From Chrysomallon squamiferum (taxonomy: Eukaryota > Animalia > Mollusca), in contig CM022675.1 in assembly GCA_012295275.1 (NCBI GenBank), positions 434,001-498,000 of the forward strand: a DNA stretch of 64,000 nucleotides. Direction: 5' to 3'. Made by a program: the position numbers and the translations under genes. Shown piece after piece: positions 13,923-27,064 of the stretch (positions are counted from its first letter, which is position 1; each line of letters opens with the position of its first letter). The notes under the pieces are model-generated. The model was not told the DNA's origin, ran no database searches, and worked only from the letters and a program-made list of their open reading frames with translations.

Positions 13923-16900
13923 CATTTTGAATTATCTCCCTTTACTACTACTGTTATATAACTTAACAACAACAACAATAATAACAACAATAATAATGAT
14001 GATGATAATGAGTTTTCTTTAACTGAAGACTGCTGTATAGATAAGTAGAATTAGTTTCATTTTACCGAAATGCATTGGACGTTCATCTTTGACTTCGGCC
14101 ATGTCGTAATCCGTCTCTGTGAACTTGATGTTAGTGATGTGAAGAATTGCTGCCAGTATTATGTTCACATTTGAAATTTCCTGAAAAACACAGAATAATG
14201 TACAGGGTCATTCTGTGTCAAACCGCCCAGTGGGTTAAACCCGATTTTTTAACTTGATATACTTGTTGATCGGGATCCCGTAGCACCAAATCTGGAATTT
14301 TAGGCCAGTTGGAACAGTGGTGTGGGAGATATAGCCCCCTGAATTTTGAGATTTTCTCGTTACCACCAGCGTTTGAACCCTCATATTTCTCAGGAACTAC
14401 TTGGCCAATCATCATAAAATTGGTATTGTTGAAAATGCCAATTTTATGGATTCCAAATCTGCCATTATTGTTCAATTTCGAGAATGTTGGGGTACACTGA
14501 CCTTTCTTGAAATTTAATCTACCACATATTAACTAAATCATATAAAAGTTTCAGAGGAGTAATCGTTTTTGTTTAGCCACAATATATATTTCAAAAATGC
14601 ATACCTGCGCGGATGATTGATACAGTGCATTACAATGTATATTTTCTACATGTATACACTTCTCTGAGACCAAAAACCCATCTTTGGAGTCAAAATTCAC
14701 CTGACATGTCTGAAGGACATGTTCAACACAATCAGGCCCAAAGGGTTAACAGGACGTGTGGCTTCAAGCATGTGAGGAACTCCTTGATATCCCCTGGCAA
14801 AATCCCCATTGAACACATGACAATTAGAAGTTTAAGACAAAGAGGTATTTTCACCTGCATTTGTTTGACTATCTGAAGCTTTCAAACTGGACACAATATG
14901 TAAGTATTGTGTTTGTAAATATAACTGGAACACATGCTGTCTGTGTTTGTAAATATCACCAAAACATAACACTGATGGCTGAGGCATGTCTCAAGTCATC
15001 AGTTCGTGATCTGATGAAGCTCCCTGTTTGTTCAATTGAAAGTAAGAAGTGCATGATGCGGCACTGCAAGGATTGTCCTGGTCAGGAGGGTCTGATTGAT
15101 TATTTGAATAACTGTGATGAGCTTTCCGACCTCGAGCAGATTAGTTACCTTCAGGAGGGCAGTACTGACTGAACTAAGTTTATTGACAAGTTGTCAAACT
15201 TACCCGGTATAGTTTCACAGTCAAAGCCCAAATTATAAACATGAAGGAGCTGAAGACTACTGGAAGATGTAATCCTGCAAAGTAATTTTGCAGAAAATTT
15301 CTGGTACGTTGTTCAGGATGAAATTCAGAGTTTCCAGTGGGAAAATAAACAGGCTTCCTTACATCCTTTCGTGGCATACTGCAGGTTGGCTGATGGAACC
15401 CTCAAATACCGTAACATTTGTGTACTGAGTGACACTAGGGAGCACTCAACGGTAACTATTTATGCTTTCTTGAGTGTTGTTATCCCATACCTTCAGACTG
15501 AGTTTCCTCATGTGAAAAAGATCCATTATTTCACTGATCTCTGTGCTTGACCGTATAGAAATAAGAACAATAAGAACCATCATGAAGAGGAATTTGGTTT
15601 GGAAAGTGAACAGAACAAGCCACGGCAAAAGTGCCCATGATGGAATTGGGGAGACGGTGAAGAGGTTGCTGACAAAGGCCAGTTTGCAGCGTCCCTACAC
15701 AGACCCAATCCAGATCAGTGAGGCTATCATGGACTTCTGCACAAAGAATATTCAAGGCATTCACTTCTTCAACATCATACCAGAGCACATAGCAGAGCAT
15801 GAGTTGGAACTAGAAAACGGTCAAAGGAACACAGCAATTTCACCGGTTAGTTCCAGTGTGTAAGTTAAAAATGCATGCCTGCAAGCTGAGCCTGCAGAGT
15901 GACCCACCAGAACTAGTATCTGTTCAGGATTCTGAGGATGATATGACACAGTTACCAGAGGAGCCTTCCACTGAAGCCAAGAACCAAACCTACGTTTGTT
16001 ATCTGTATGACAATGAGGCATGGGTTGGGCTAGCTGATGACTTTTCAGAAGAGCACGGAGACTTCTTCATTCGTTTCATGCACCCTCACGGACCTTCTAA
16101 GTTATTTCACTGGCCAAATGAAGAAAACACTTGTTGGATTAGTCAAGAGGACATTTTCTGTGTCATTGATACACCTTCTATTGCATCTTCTAGACGGATA
16201 TACTCCCTGAGTAAACAGGATGATGCTGGATGTGCAAGAATGTGGGGGAAGTGGGTGACTGAATGATTTTGTGACTGCTGAACTGGTGAGAAGGCAGTGA
16301 GGGAAGTAGTTTGATATCATATGATCATAGCATGTAGTCCTATAATGTATTACACGGTGATCAAGTTATATGGTGATTTCTAGCATCAGGAATTGGTCTT
16401 AGGTTTTAGCTAATCAGATATTAATGGCAGAAAAGGTGTTATTTTCATGGACATGCAATTTTTGAATCTGTATTGTTGCTAAATAAAGAATAGTACACCT
16501 CTGAAACTTTTGTATGTTTTAGTTAACATGTAGGAGATTAAATTTCAAGAAAGTTCATCTCCTGGTCACGTGATTCACAAGGTCAGTTTTAAGGCCATAA
16601 CAAAGGTCAATAGGTCAGTGTATCCCAACATTCTGAAATCTGAGATGGTCGGGTTTAACATATCTATATTTTTCGGGTGGGGGTGTTTTGACGCAGAATG
16701 ACCCTATAGCATAATAACAATATATTGCATATAACTTAATTCAATAAAACGTTCTCTCTTTCTATCTCATTCGTTCTCTCTGTCTCTTATACCCTCAAAC
16801 CAGCATTTTATGTTTGTTGAATGTGTATTACTGCTAAACAAAGAACATTGTACCTCTGAAACTTTTGTATGTTTTAGTTAACATGAGGGAGATTAAATTT

Positions 16901-18082
16901 CAAGAAAGGCAATCTCAAGGTCACGTGATTCACAACGTCATCTTTAAGGCCATAACACAGGCAGAAAAGGTCAGTGTATCTCAACATTCTCAAATCTGAG
17001 ATGGTCGGGTTTAAAATATCTTTTCTTCTGTTTTGGGAGGTGGTGGTGATTTGATACAGAATGACCCTATATCATAATAACTATATATTGCATATACAGT
17101 AATTAAATAAAACGCTCTATCTTTCTATCTGTACCTCATTCGTTCTCACTGTCTCTTTTACCGTCAAACCAGCATTTTGTGTTTTGGTATAAATTTTGGT
17201 GTATAATTTGGTGACTATGATTTTACCTCGTCAGTCAGGCCAATCATTTTCATGATGTCATTTTGAATCTTGAAGTCTTCAATAAGATCTTGTTTCTGTT
17301 TGGGAAAAGGCTTTGATGCGATTCTGTGAACAAACAAATAACAAACAGTTTAAACCAAACGAACAATAAATAACAAAACTCATAAATAAATAATTAAATA
17401 TATATATATATAAAAAAATAAATAAATAAATAAATAAATAAGTATTTATCACCATTTTGTTGCAATAAATAGAAAATCTTATTACATATATCAAGATGTT
17501 TAAATTAATTAACGATCTAAAGCAGCTTATTATCATGTGACCTACCTGAAACTGTTTGAATCGAGTTTGAGTTCTTTTTTTTCCTTTTCATTGAGTCCAG
17601 CTAGGAGACAGTAAAAAATGTGGAAATTCGCTTCCCCTTCAGACTGCAGAACAACCCTCGACTTTTCCAGCATGTAATCCCGTATTGTGGCTGTAGAAAT
17701 AAGCATTTGTTTCTGTATTCTACACATCCAACAACAACAACAACAACAACAACAACAACCACATCACATTGTCATATATACATACACGAAGATATTTAAC
17801 AAACAGATGAACAGATAAATTCATGAAAAATATTCTCTAACAGTTTTACTGCACTTGTTTAATTTATTTACTAATGTGAGTGTAATTAAAGCAATTTGTC
17901 ATCCTTTTCTTATTTTCCACAACTTACCATCTACAATCTGACCATTGTCATCACAGCCTAGTTCTAGATATTTGGCAAATCTGCTCGAATTGTTATTGAG
18001 GATTGTCTTTGCATTGCCAAAAGCCTCCAACAAAGGGTTAACCTAATTAAAAATTTCAGAAAACAACCTTTAGTAATAGTGT

Positions 18083-18141
<59 letters not shown>

Positions 18142-18472
18142 CGCACACAAACAGATACACACACATTAATAAACAAATACAATTAAAAGTTAACTGAATA
18201 AATATACAAATTAAAATAATTAGAGAAACAAACAAACAAACAAACAAACAAAAAACAAATAAATAAATAAACGAACCTCTACGATTTCCTTAGCAAGTTG
18301 AGAATTACTGCCACACATCCAGATCAAATGTTTTATCATCATTTTGGTGTTTTCAGTTTTTCCCGATCCAGATTCGCCTGTAACAAGCAGCACCTGGGCC
18401 AACAATAAAATAAGAGTGTAACAGAAACATATTCACTGTTATTATTTATTATTATTATTATCATTTATTTAT

Positions 18473-18511
<39 letters not shown>

Positions 18512-19100
18512 AGACAAATAAATCTTAGAAAGAACTAATAATTTCTTGTTTCTAATCGGTTAATATATGTTATATATATATTCATTATGTACAGGTGACA
18601 TAGATAAAAACATTTTCTATAGTTTGAGCTAATAAGAATAAAAGATGCCTCAGTAAAAAAATGTTTAATAAAAAAAAATAAAGATTTTAAAAAAGAAATA
18701 ATCAATGAGAACAACAATTTGCTATATTTAATATTAACGGTAATTAAATGTTAAATTATATGATTTTTGAGTAATATCAGTCAGCAAACAGCCAGAACGC
18801 ATTTATCCTTTTTACAGAAATTTAGTTAAAAGAAATTCTGTAAAATAATAACAACAACAAAAAGCATGAAAGGCAAGTGAGAATGACTCACCTGGTTTTT
18901 CTCAGTTTCACGTAGACGTTTGTACGCCTTCGTCGTGACACCAAAGATGTGAGGCTTGTTATTGTTAGCCAGGTTTTCACTACTGTATTCTTCATGATAC
19001 TGAAAGTGAATATTTTCTTTTACGTAACTAGTTTGTAATTTTAATCAAACATACTATGTTTATATATATATTTGCTATATTTATATATATAAAATGGCAC

Positions 19101-19166
<66 letters not shown>

Positions 19167-19826
19167 GTGTGGAAAGAGAGAGATCCATTTTCAAAAATAG
19201 AGATAATAATAATGCAACTTACAATATATTATAATGCAAACAATATAACTAATTAACTAACTTACTAACTACCTAAATAAATAAATAACACCCCCAAAAT
19301 AGTAAACAAAACAAAACAAAACAAATAAAACAAAGAATAAATCGTCACCCTCCTCCAAACAAAAATAAAATGTTTTCTTCAAAAAGAAAATGTTTTCTTC
19401 AAAAGAGAAACAGTATTCTGTGTATATGTCAAGATCTTTAAAAGAGAAACAGTATTCTGTATTCTACACTTATCATTTACCTGCTCTGTGTATATGTCAA
19501 CATCTTTAAAAGAGAAACAGTATTCTGTATTCTACACTTATCATTTACCTGCTCTGTGTATATGTCAAGATCTCTGAAACAGTATGTATTCTTCAAGATA
19601 TGTCAACTTCTTTAAAAGGATTCACTGAAATGAGGATGTCATGACCGCCGCCACTTGTCTGCAAATTTTAAAATGGTTCACATTAAATAATTTATAGGAT
19701 TCATTCAAAATATCTGATTTGTTTCTGATCTAAAATGTTCAAAATATACAATTTGATATGCAGTAACACAATGCAGTTAATTTAGTTGTTGGATATATTT
19801 ACAACAGGGACAACAACAATGATAAT

Positions 19827-19916
<90 letters not shown>

Positions 19917-22900
19917 CACGAGCTGACATCCTGCTATGGTAAATTAATTACAGTGTCACGGCTTCTGAGAACATTAAATTTTATGAAAAGTATATTGAAA
20001 ACAACAGTTTTTATTTACATATAACCATCATTAATTAAAGCGTTATTATGTAACAAAATGATTTGATAATATTTGATGAACAATTACTTACTTAATATCA
20101 CTTTGTTTTTGTACATTATTAGATTTAATATATGATTTTATTCTGCTCTGAACCACAATATCGATACAGTAGATTCCAAACTTTAAGGTGAAATTACAAT
20201 TTTATGATATAATCGTGGCGTAAACTCATTAGTGCCTCTTTGCCAGATTTGCTTTTAATTGTAATTTTGTTTTCTATGTTGTAAATTATATAATATTCAC
20301 TTATTTTTATATGCCCATTTAAAGCAGAATGTCTGCTACATTTTATCTTAAGTCTATTATTATTTTTGTTTAGCTATCTTCTATAATCGTGTTTATAATA
20401 TATATCTTTATGTTTTTTGATGTTTACCTAATTCATGTCAGAAAATGGGGGTAGATACACAAAAACTAAAGTATGCAGAGGTACATGGGCTATTTAGACG
20501 CTGTATTATATAATTAGGGGAAGTTCCGTTATTTCATAAACAAAGAAACACTGGCATTAAAATTGCAAAGTAAATTCAGGAAGTGTTTACTGAACGTCCG
20601 CGCGATGGTTATATAAGTAGTCGACACGCATTTTAAACGAGATCTCTTTGATCGGTGCCCTTCTTAAGACACGTTGTCTGACGGCTATCTGCACAAGACA
20701 AAGGACCACTCAACCAATGGGAATTATATTTTAATGTTTTTTGTGTGTAACATACATGCTGAGCGATTAAAGATAGCTGAAGACGGCTAAAAATGAGACG
20801 TCACAACTTGAAGATTTTATTTGTGATGTAAATAGTTTTTCTTTTAGACTCGTGTACACGGTATATGGGTGAGGTTAGACTGCACTGACTGACTATGGGC
20901 CAGGCCAGCCTACTGTAACTAAACACTAGGTGTGTAAACAATGTTTCCCAGCCAATAGAAGACATCTAGGAAGTCTTCCCTGTCACTCTATTTCTAGGGA
21001 GTCGTTGACTAGAAATGAGTTCGCTGTATAAGAAGATGGAGATTACGATCTGGAATGTTTGTAATACATATACAGTGGAACATCGACTTACGAGTGCACC
21101 GACTTACGAGTTACGAGCGAGCTTCAGAAACGCCGCCGCAACGAACAACATGACATCCGGCAAGCATTCTGTGTCTCACTCCTTTAATTCACGTGGTTAA
21201 TTCACCATGGAAACATCTCTGTTGTGTTGTGCTCTCGTTTTGAGCAATATTTTACAAGATTTCTTTTTCCTGGCCATGGATCCTGAGAAAACCAGTGCAA
21301 AGGACAGTGCTGGGAATAAGCGGACGATGTCCGTTGAATTAAAGCTTGAATTCATAGAAAACATGAGCGAGGTGTGCGTGTAATCGACTTGGCTAAGCAG
21401 TACGAGCGTAGTATTTCTACGATATGTACCATTCTGAAGCTGAAGGAGTCGATAAAGGCTGTAACTCCAGGCAAAGGCGTTAAAATAATTTGTCTGATTT
21501 CCAAGATAAATACATTTTACAAAAGCAGTTAATTTCTTTACATTCTCTTTTATTTATTTATTTATTTTTTTGTTTGATATTTGTCATTTATAAATACATT
21601 TTTTTCATTTAAAAATACGTTAGAAAAAAAAATAGGATAGTTTTTGGGTGACTGGAACGGATTAATGGTTTTTCACTTAATTTCAGCTGGGTAAATTGGT
21701 TTGATATACGAGCAAATTGAGATAAGAGCTTGGTCACAGAACGAATTAAACTCTGAAGTTAAGGTACCACTATATATATTTATTTATTTGGCAAAATACT
21801 GGACAAAACGCGAGCACAACACAACAGAGATGCTTTCGCGGAAAAGTAAACGTGAAATAAATGAACGAGACGAGGGGTGATGGCCGGATGCTATGTTGTT
21901 CGTTGCGCCAAATAGCGGCGGCGTATCTGAAGCTCGTTCGTTTCTCGGATTTTGGCTCGGAACTCAAAGCAGAAATGGACCGGGCGACTGCACGTAACTA
22001 AAAAACTCGTAAGAAGAGACCTTCGTAAGTCGAGGTACCACACACACATATACCTTGACTTACGAGTTAAAAAAAACCGGAAGATTAATATATACTTTAC
22101 ATAAATGACACTGAAGATAAGTCAGTTTGTCATTTTGTTCACCATCAGCATATGATAATGTGTGAAACTATATGATGAATTACTTTTATATTAAGTTTAT
22201 TTGAACTATAAACTACAAACGTTTTGTACTCAGACTTTTAGCAAAGAAGTTAAAGGAGAATGGTTGACCTCTGTGCTACAGTGATTGTAATATTCAGTAT
22301 TTTATTCAGATTTGATAATATTTGATGAACACTTATTTTAAATCATTTAGCTTTTGTACATTATTAGACTGCTCTGATCCACAGTATCGATAAAGTAGAT
22401 TCCAAATTTTAAGGTGAAAATACAATTTTATTATATAATTTTGACGGAAACACATTAGTGCTTCTTTGCCAGATTTGCTTTTAACTGTAATTTTGTTCTC
22501 TATGTTGTGAATTATGTAATATTCACTAAACCTTTATTTTTATATGCCCATTTAAAGCAGAATGTCTGCTACATTTTATAATAAGTATATTGTACTTTTG
22601 TTTAGATATCTTGTATAATCGTGTTTATAATATAGATCTTTACAGTTTTTATATGTTTACCTAACTAATGTCAGAAAATGGGGGTAGATACACAAAACCT
22701 AAATAGCAGAGCGTATGCAGAGGTACATGGGCTATTTAGAAGCTGTATTATATAATTAGGTGAAGTTCCGTTATTTTATAAAGAAAGAAACATTGGCATT
22801 AAAGTCGGAAAGTAAATTCAGAAAGGCTGTCTGCAGAGGTGTTTACTGAACGTCCGCACGATGGTTATATAAGTAGTCCGCACGCGTTTTAAACGAAATA

Positions 22901-23900
22901 GCTTTGATCGGTGCCCTTCTTGAGACACGTTGTCTGAGGACCACTCAGGCAATGGTAATAATATATTTTTTTGTATATAACATACATGCTGAGCGATTAA
23001 AGATAGCTGGAGACTGTTAAAAATGATACGTCACAATTTGAAAATTTTATTTTTCGCTTTGATGTAAATAGTTTTTCTTTTAGAATCGTGTACACGGTAT
23101 ACGGGTTAGGTTACACTCCATTGACTGACTATGGGTCAGGCCAGCCTACTGTAACTAAACACAATACACAGCATCTAGGAAGTCTTCCCTGTCACTCCAT
23201 TTCTAGGGAGTGGGTGGAAAAGAAATGAGTTCGCTGTATAAGATGGAGATTTACGATCTGGAATGTCTGTAATATATATACAGTGGTATCTTGTCTTTTT
23301 ACGAGTGCCCCAACTTGAGAGTTTTCCGGTTTTCGAGCAGTCGTCTGGTCGACTTTTTGCTTTGCATTGCGAGCCAAAATCCGTGTTACGAACGATCTTC
23401 AGAAACGCCGCCTCTAGTTGGCGCAACGAACAACATAACATCCGGCCAGCATCCCGCATCTCACTCCTTTAATTCACGTGGTTAATTCACCATGGAAACA
23501 TCCCTGTTGAGTTGTGCTCTCGTTTTGAGCAGTATTTTGACAATATTTTTTTCTGGCCATGGATCCTAAGAAAACCAGTGCAAAGGACAGGACTGTGCAA
23601 ATAAGCGGATGATGTCCGTGTAATTAAAGTTTGAACTCATAGAAAAACATGAGCGAGGTGTGCGTGTAGTCGACTTGGCTAAGCAGTACGAGCGTAGTAT
23701 TTATACGATATGTACCATTCTGAAGCTGAAGAGTCGATAAAGGCTGTTACTCCAGCCAAATGCGTTAAAATAATGTGTCTGATGTCCAAGATAAATACAT
23801 TTTACTAAACCAATTTATTTCTTTCCATTCTCTTTTATTTTGGTTTTATATAATATTTGTCATTTATAAATACATTTATTTTTATTTAGAAAAACGTTAC

Positions 23901-23938
<38 letters not shown>

Positions 23939-26895
23939 TTTGGTTTGTTTTTGGATGATTGGAAGGGATTAATGGTTTTTCAATTAATTTCAGTTAGCAA
24001 AATTGATTTGATATACGAGAAAATTGAGGTACGAGCTTGGTCACTAAACGAATTAAACTCTGAAATTAAGATACCACTATATATATTTATTTATTTGGCA
24101 ATACACTGCACAAAACGCGGGAACAACACAGCAGAGATGCTTTCGCGGAGAAGTAAGCATGTGAAGTAAATGAATGAGATATGGGATGCTGGCGTAATGC
24201 TATGTTGTTCGTTGCGTCAATTAGCGGCGCCTTATCTGAAGCTCGCTCGTTTCTCGGATTTTGGCTCGGAACTCAAAGCAAAAATGGACCGGGCGACTGC
24301 ACGTAACTAAAAAACTCGTAAGAAGAGACCTTCGTAAGTCGAGGTACCACACACACATATACCTTGACTTACGAGTTAAAAAAAAACGGAAGATTAATAT
24401 ATACTTTACATAAATGACACTGAAGATACGTCAGTTTGTCATTTTGTTCACCATCAGCATATGATAATGTCTGAATCTATATGATGAATTACTTTTACAT
24501 TAAGTTTATTTGAACTATAAACTACAAACGTTTTGTACTCAGACTTTTAGCAAAGACGTTAAAGGAGAATGGTTGACCTCTGTGCTACAGTGATTGTAAT
24601 ATTCAGTATTTTATTCAGATTTGAAAATATACTTTAACAAAAAAGAACGCAAAAGTAGATTTTATTGACATTGGGAATATCTATGTAATGGATCAACAGA
24701 AAGCAGCAGAATGTTCACATTTTACACAGACTTTCACAGTTCATTAATATTGATGGTATTAATTGAAAAGGTTAAAGTTCAAGGTTATAATAGTATAATA
24801 TCAATACTTTGTGTGCCCACCATGGGAGTCCAGAACTGCCTGACATCTCCTTCCCATGGCAGTAATGACATTACGAATTACACCTTGTGGAATGGCGACC
24901 CACTCTGTATGTAGTAATAATGCCAACTGAGCACGATTTTGTGGTTGTGGTTGATGCTGCCTCAGTCGTCTATCCAAATCGTCCCATAAATGCTCTATAG
25001 GGTTCAAATCAGAAGATTTATAGGGCCAGGGCAGCACCTGAATGTTATTGTTGTCTAGGTACGCTGTTGTGAGTCTGGCTGTATGTGGTCTCGCATTGTC
25101 GTGCTGGAATACAGTGTTACCATTATTCATAACTGGAGCGACATGTGGCTGCACAATTTGATCTCGATATCTGTGTGCCGTTCAGTTGCCTTGGATGTGA
25201 ACCAGGTTGGTCCTGCCAGTGTATGAGATTGCTGCCTACACCATCACACTACCACCGCCAAATCTGTCCGCTTCCTGTATGCAGTTTACAGCAAAACGTT
25301 GACCATGAATTCTGTAAACTCGACATCTTCAATCTGCTCGACGAAGCAGAAATCGAGCCTCGTCACTAAACCAGACAATTCTCCATCGTAACTGAGGCCA
25401 GACTCTGTGCACTTGACACCACTGACGTCGTAGTCGACGATGTTGTTGAGTCAAATCCTCTCTTGCATTTTTGTAACTCTCGTATTCAAGTTTCATGTGC
25501 CGCACGTGCACATGCTCTGGTAACGTGGTTTGCATGCGGGGACGTTTTGGCTAATAAACACGATCGTAGCCTTTATTTTGTGTTACCTGCTTTTTGGCGA
25601 CTGTAACAAAAGCTATACGTTTGAATCACCACATGTCATTATATTCATAGTTTGTAATCGATATGTGTCAGTTTACAATAGTTATCTAAGAAATCAACCA
25701 TTTTGCGTTTCTTTTCTGGCAGAGTATATTTGATGAACAGTTACTTACTTTAAATCATTTAGCTTTCATACATTATTAGACTTACATTACATGATTTTAT
25801 TCTGCTCTGATCCACAGTATCGATGAAGTAGATTCCAAATTGTAAAGTGAAAATACAATTTTATGATATAATTGTGACGTAAACTCATTAGTGCCTCTTT
25901 GCCAGATTTGCTTTTAATTGTAATTTTGTTTTATATGTTGTGAATTATATAATATTCACAAAACCTTTATTTTTATATGTCCATATAAAGCAGAATGTCT
26001 GCTACATTTTATCTTAAGTATATAATTATTTTTGTTTAGCTGTCGTGTATAATCGTGTTTATAATATATATCTTTACAGTTCTTAGATGTTTACCTAATT
26101 AATGTCAGAAAATGTGGTTAAATACACAAACACTATATAGCAGAGGGGACGTTGACGTCCATGGGCTATTCAGAAGGTATATTATATAATTAGGGGAAGT
26201 TCCGTGATTTTATAAACTAAGAAAAACTGGGATTAACAAACTCAAACTGGGCATTAAAGTTGCAAAGTAAATTCAGAAAGGCTGTCTGCAGAGGTGTTTA
26301 CTGAACGTCCGCGCGATGGTTGTATAAGTAGTCCGCACGCATTTTCAACGAGATCGCTTTTATCAGTATTCGACACGCGTTTTCAACGAGATCGCTTTGA
26401 TCTGTGCCCTTCTTGAGAAACGTTGTCTGAGGACCACTCAGCCAATGGGAATTATGTTTTAATGCTTTTTTGTATGTAACATACATGTTGAGTGATTGAA
26501 GATATCTAAATCTATTACTGTTGGATTTGTGTTGTGTTATTCTGTGGTACGTACTTACGTTTAAAAACTAAAATAACGTATGTTAATAATTAAAAGTTTA
26601 GTTAGAAAGATAAAGTAAACAGCTGGTCTTAATAAGTTTAGTATTATCTAATTGCTATTAAATGGTATCGTTCGAATCGTACGATTTAACTACATGTTAC
26701 CCTTGAGGGTTAATTTTATGTAATGTATATACAAAATTATCGTTATTGAATTCTTGTTTGTGTTATTGTTTTGTAGTGGATACAGAATAGTCATTTAGTA
26801 GTTTAATCTGTCACGTGAATTCAATATAATCTACTACCCTTTAGACGGAACGATCGAAATTTTAGTTATTAATACGACTCAGACTAGTCATCGTG

Positions 26896-26954
<59 letters not shown>

Positions 26955-27015
26955 TAATAATAATAACAATAACAATAATAATAAAATAATAATAGTAATA
27001 GTTATAATAATAATC

Positions 27016-27064
<49 letters not shown>

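Noticed and set aside
19574-19607. 34-nt GT-AG micro-intron rescuing exon 2
   Set aside because: Removal leaves 4 extra nt (or 2 with the next AG), so the frame is not restored; the donor is weak.
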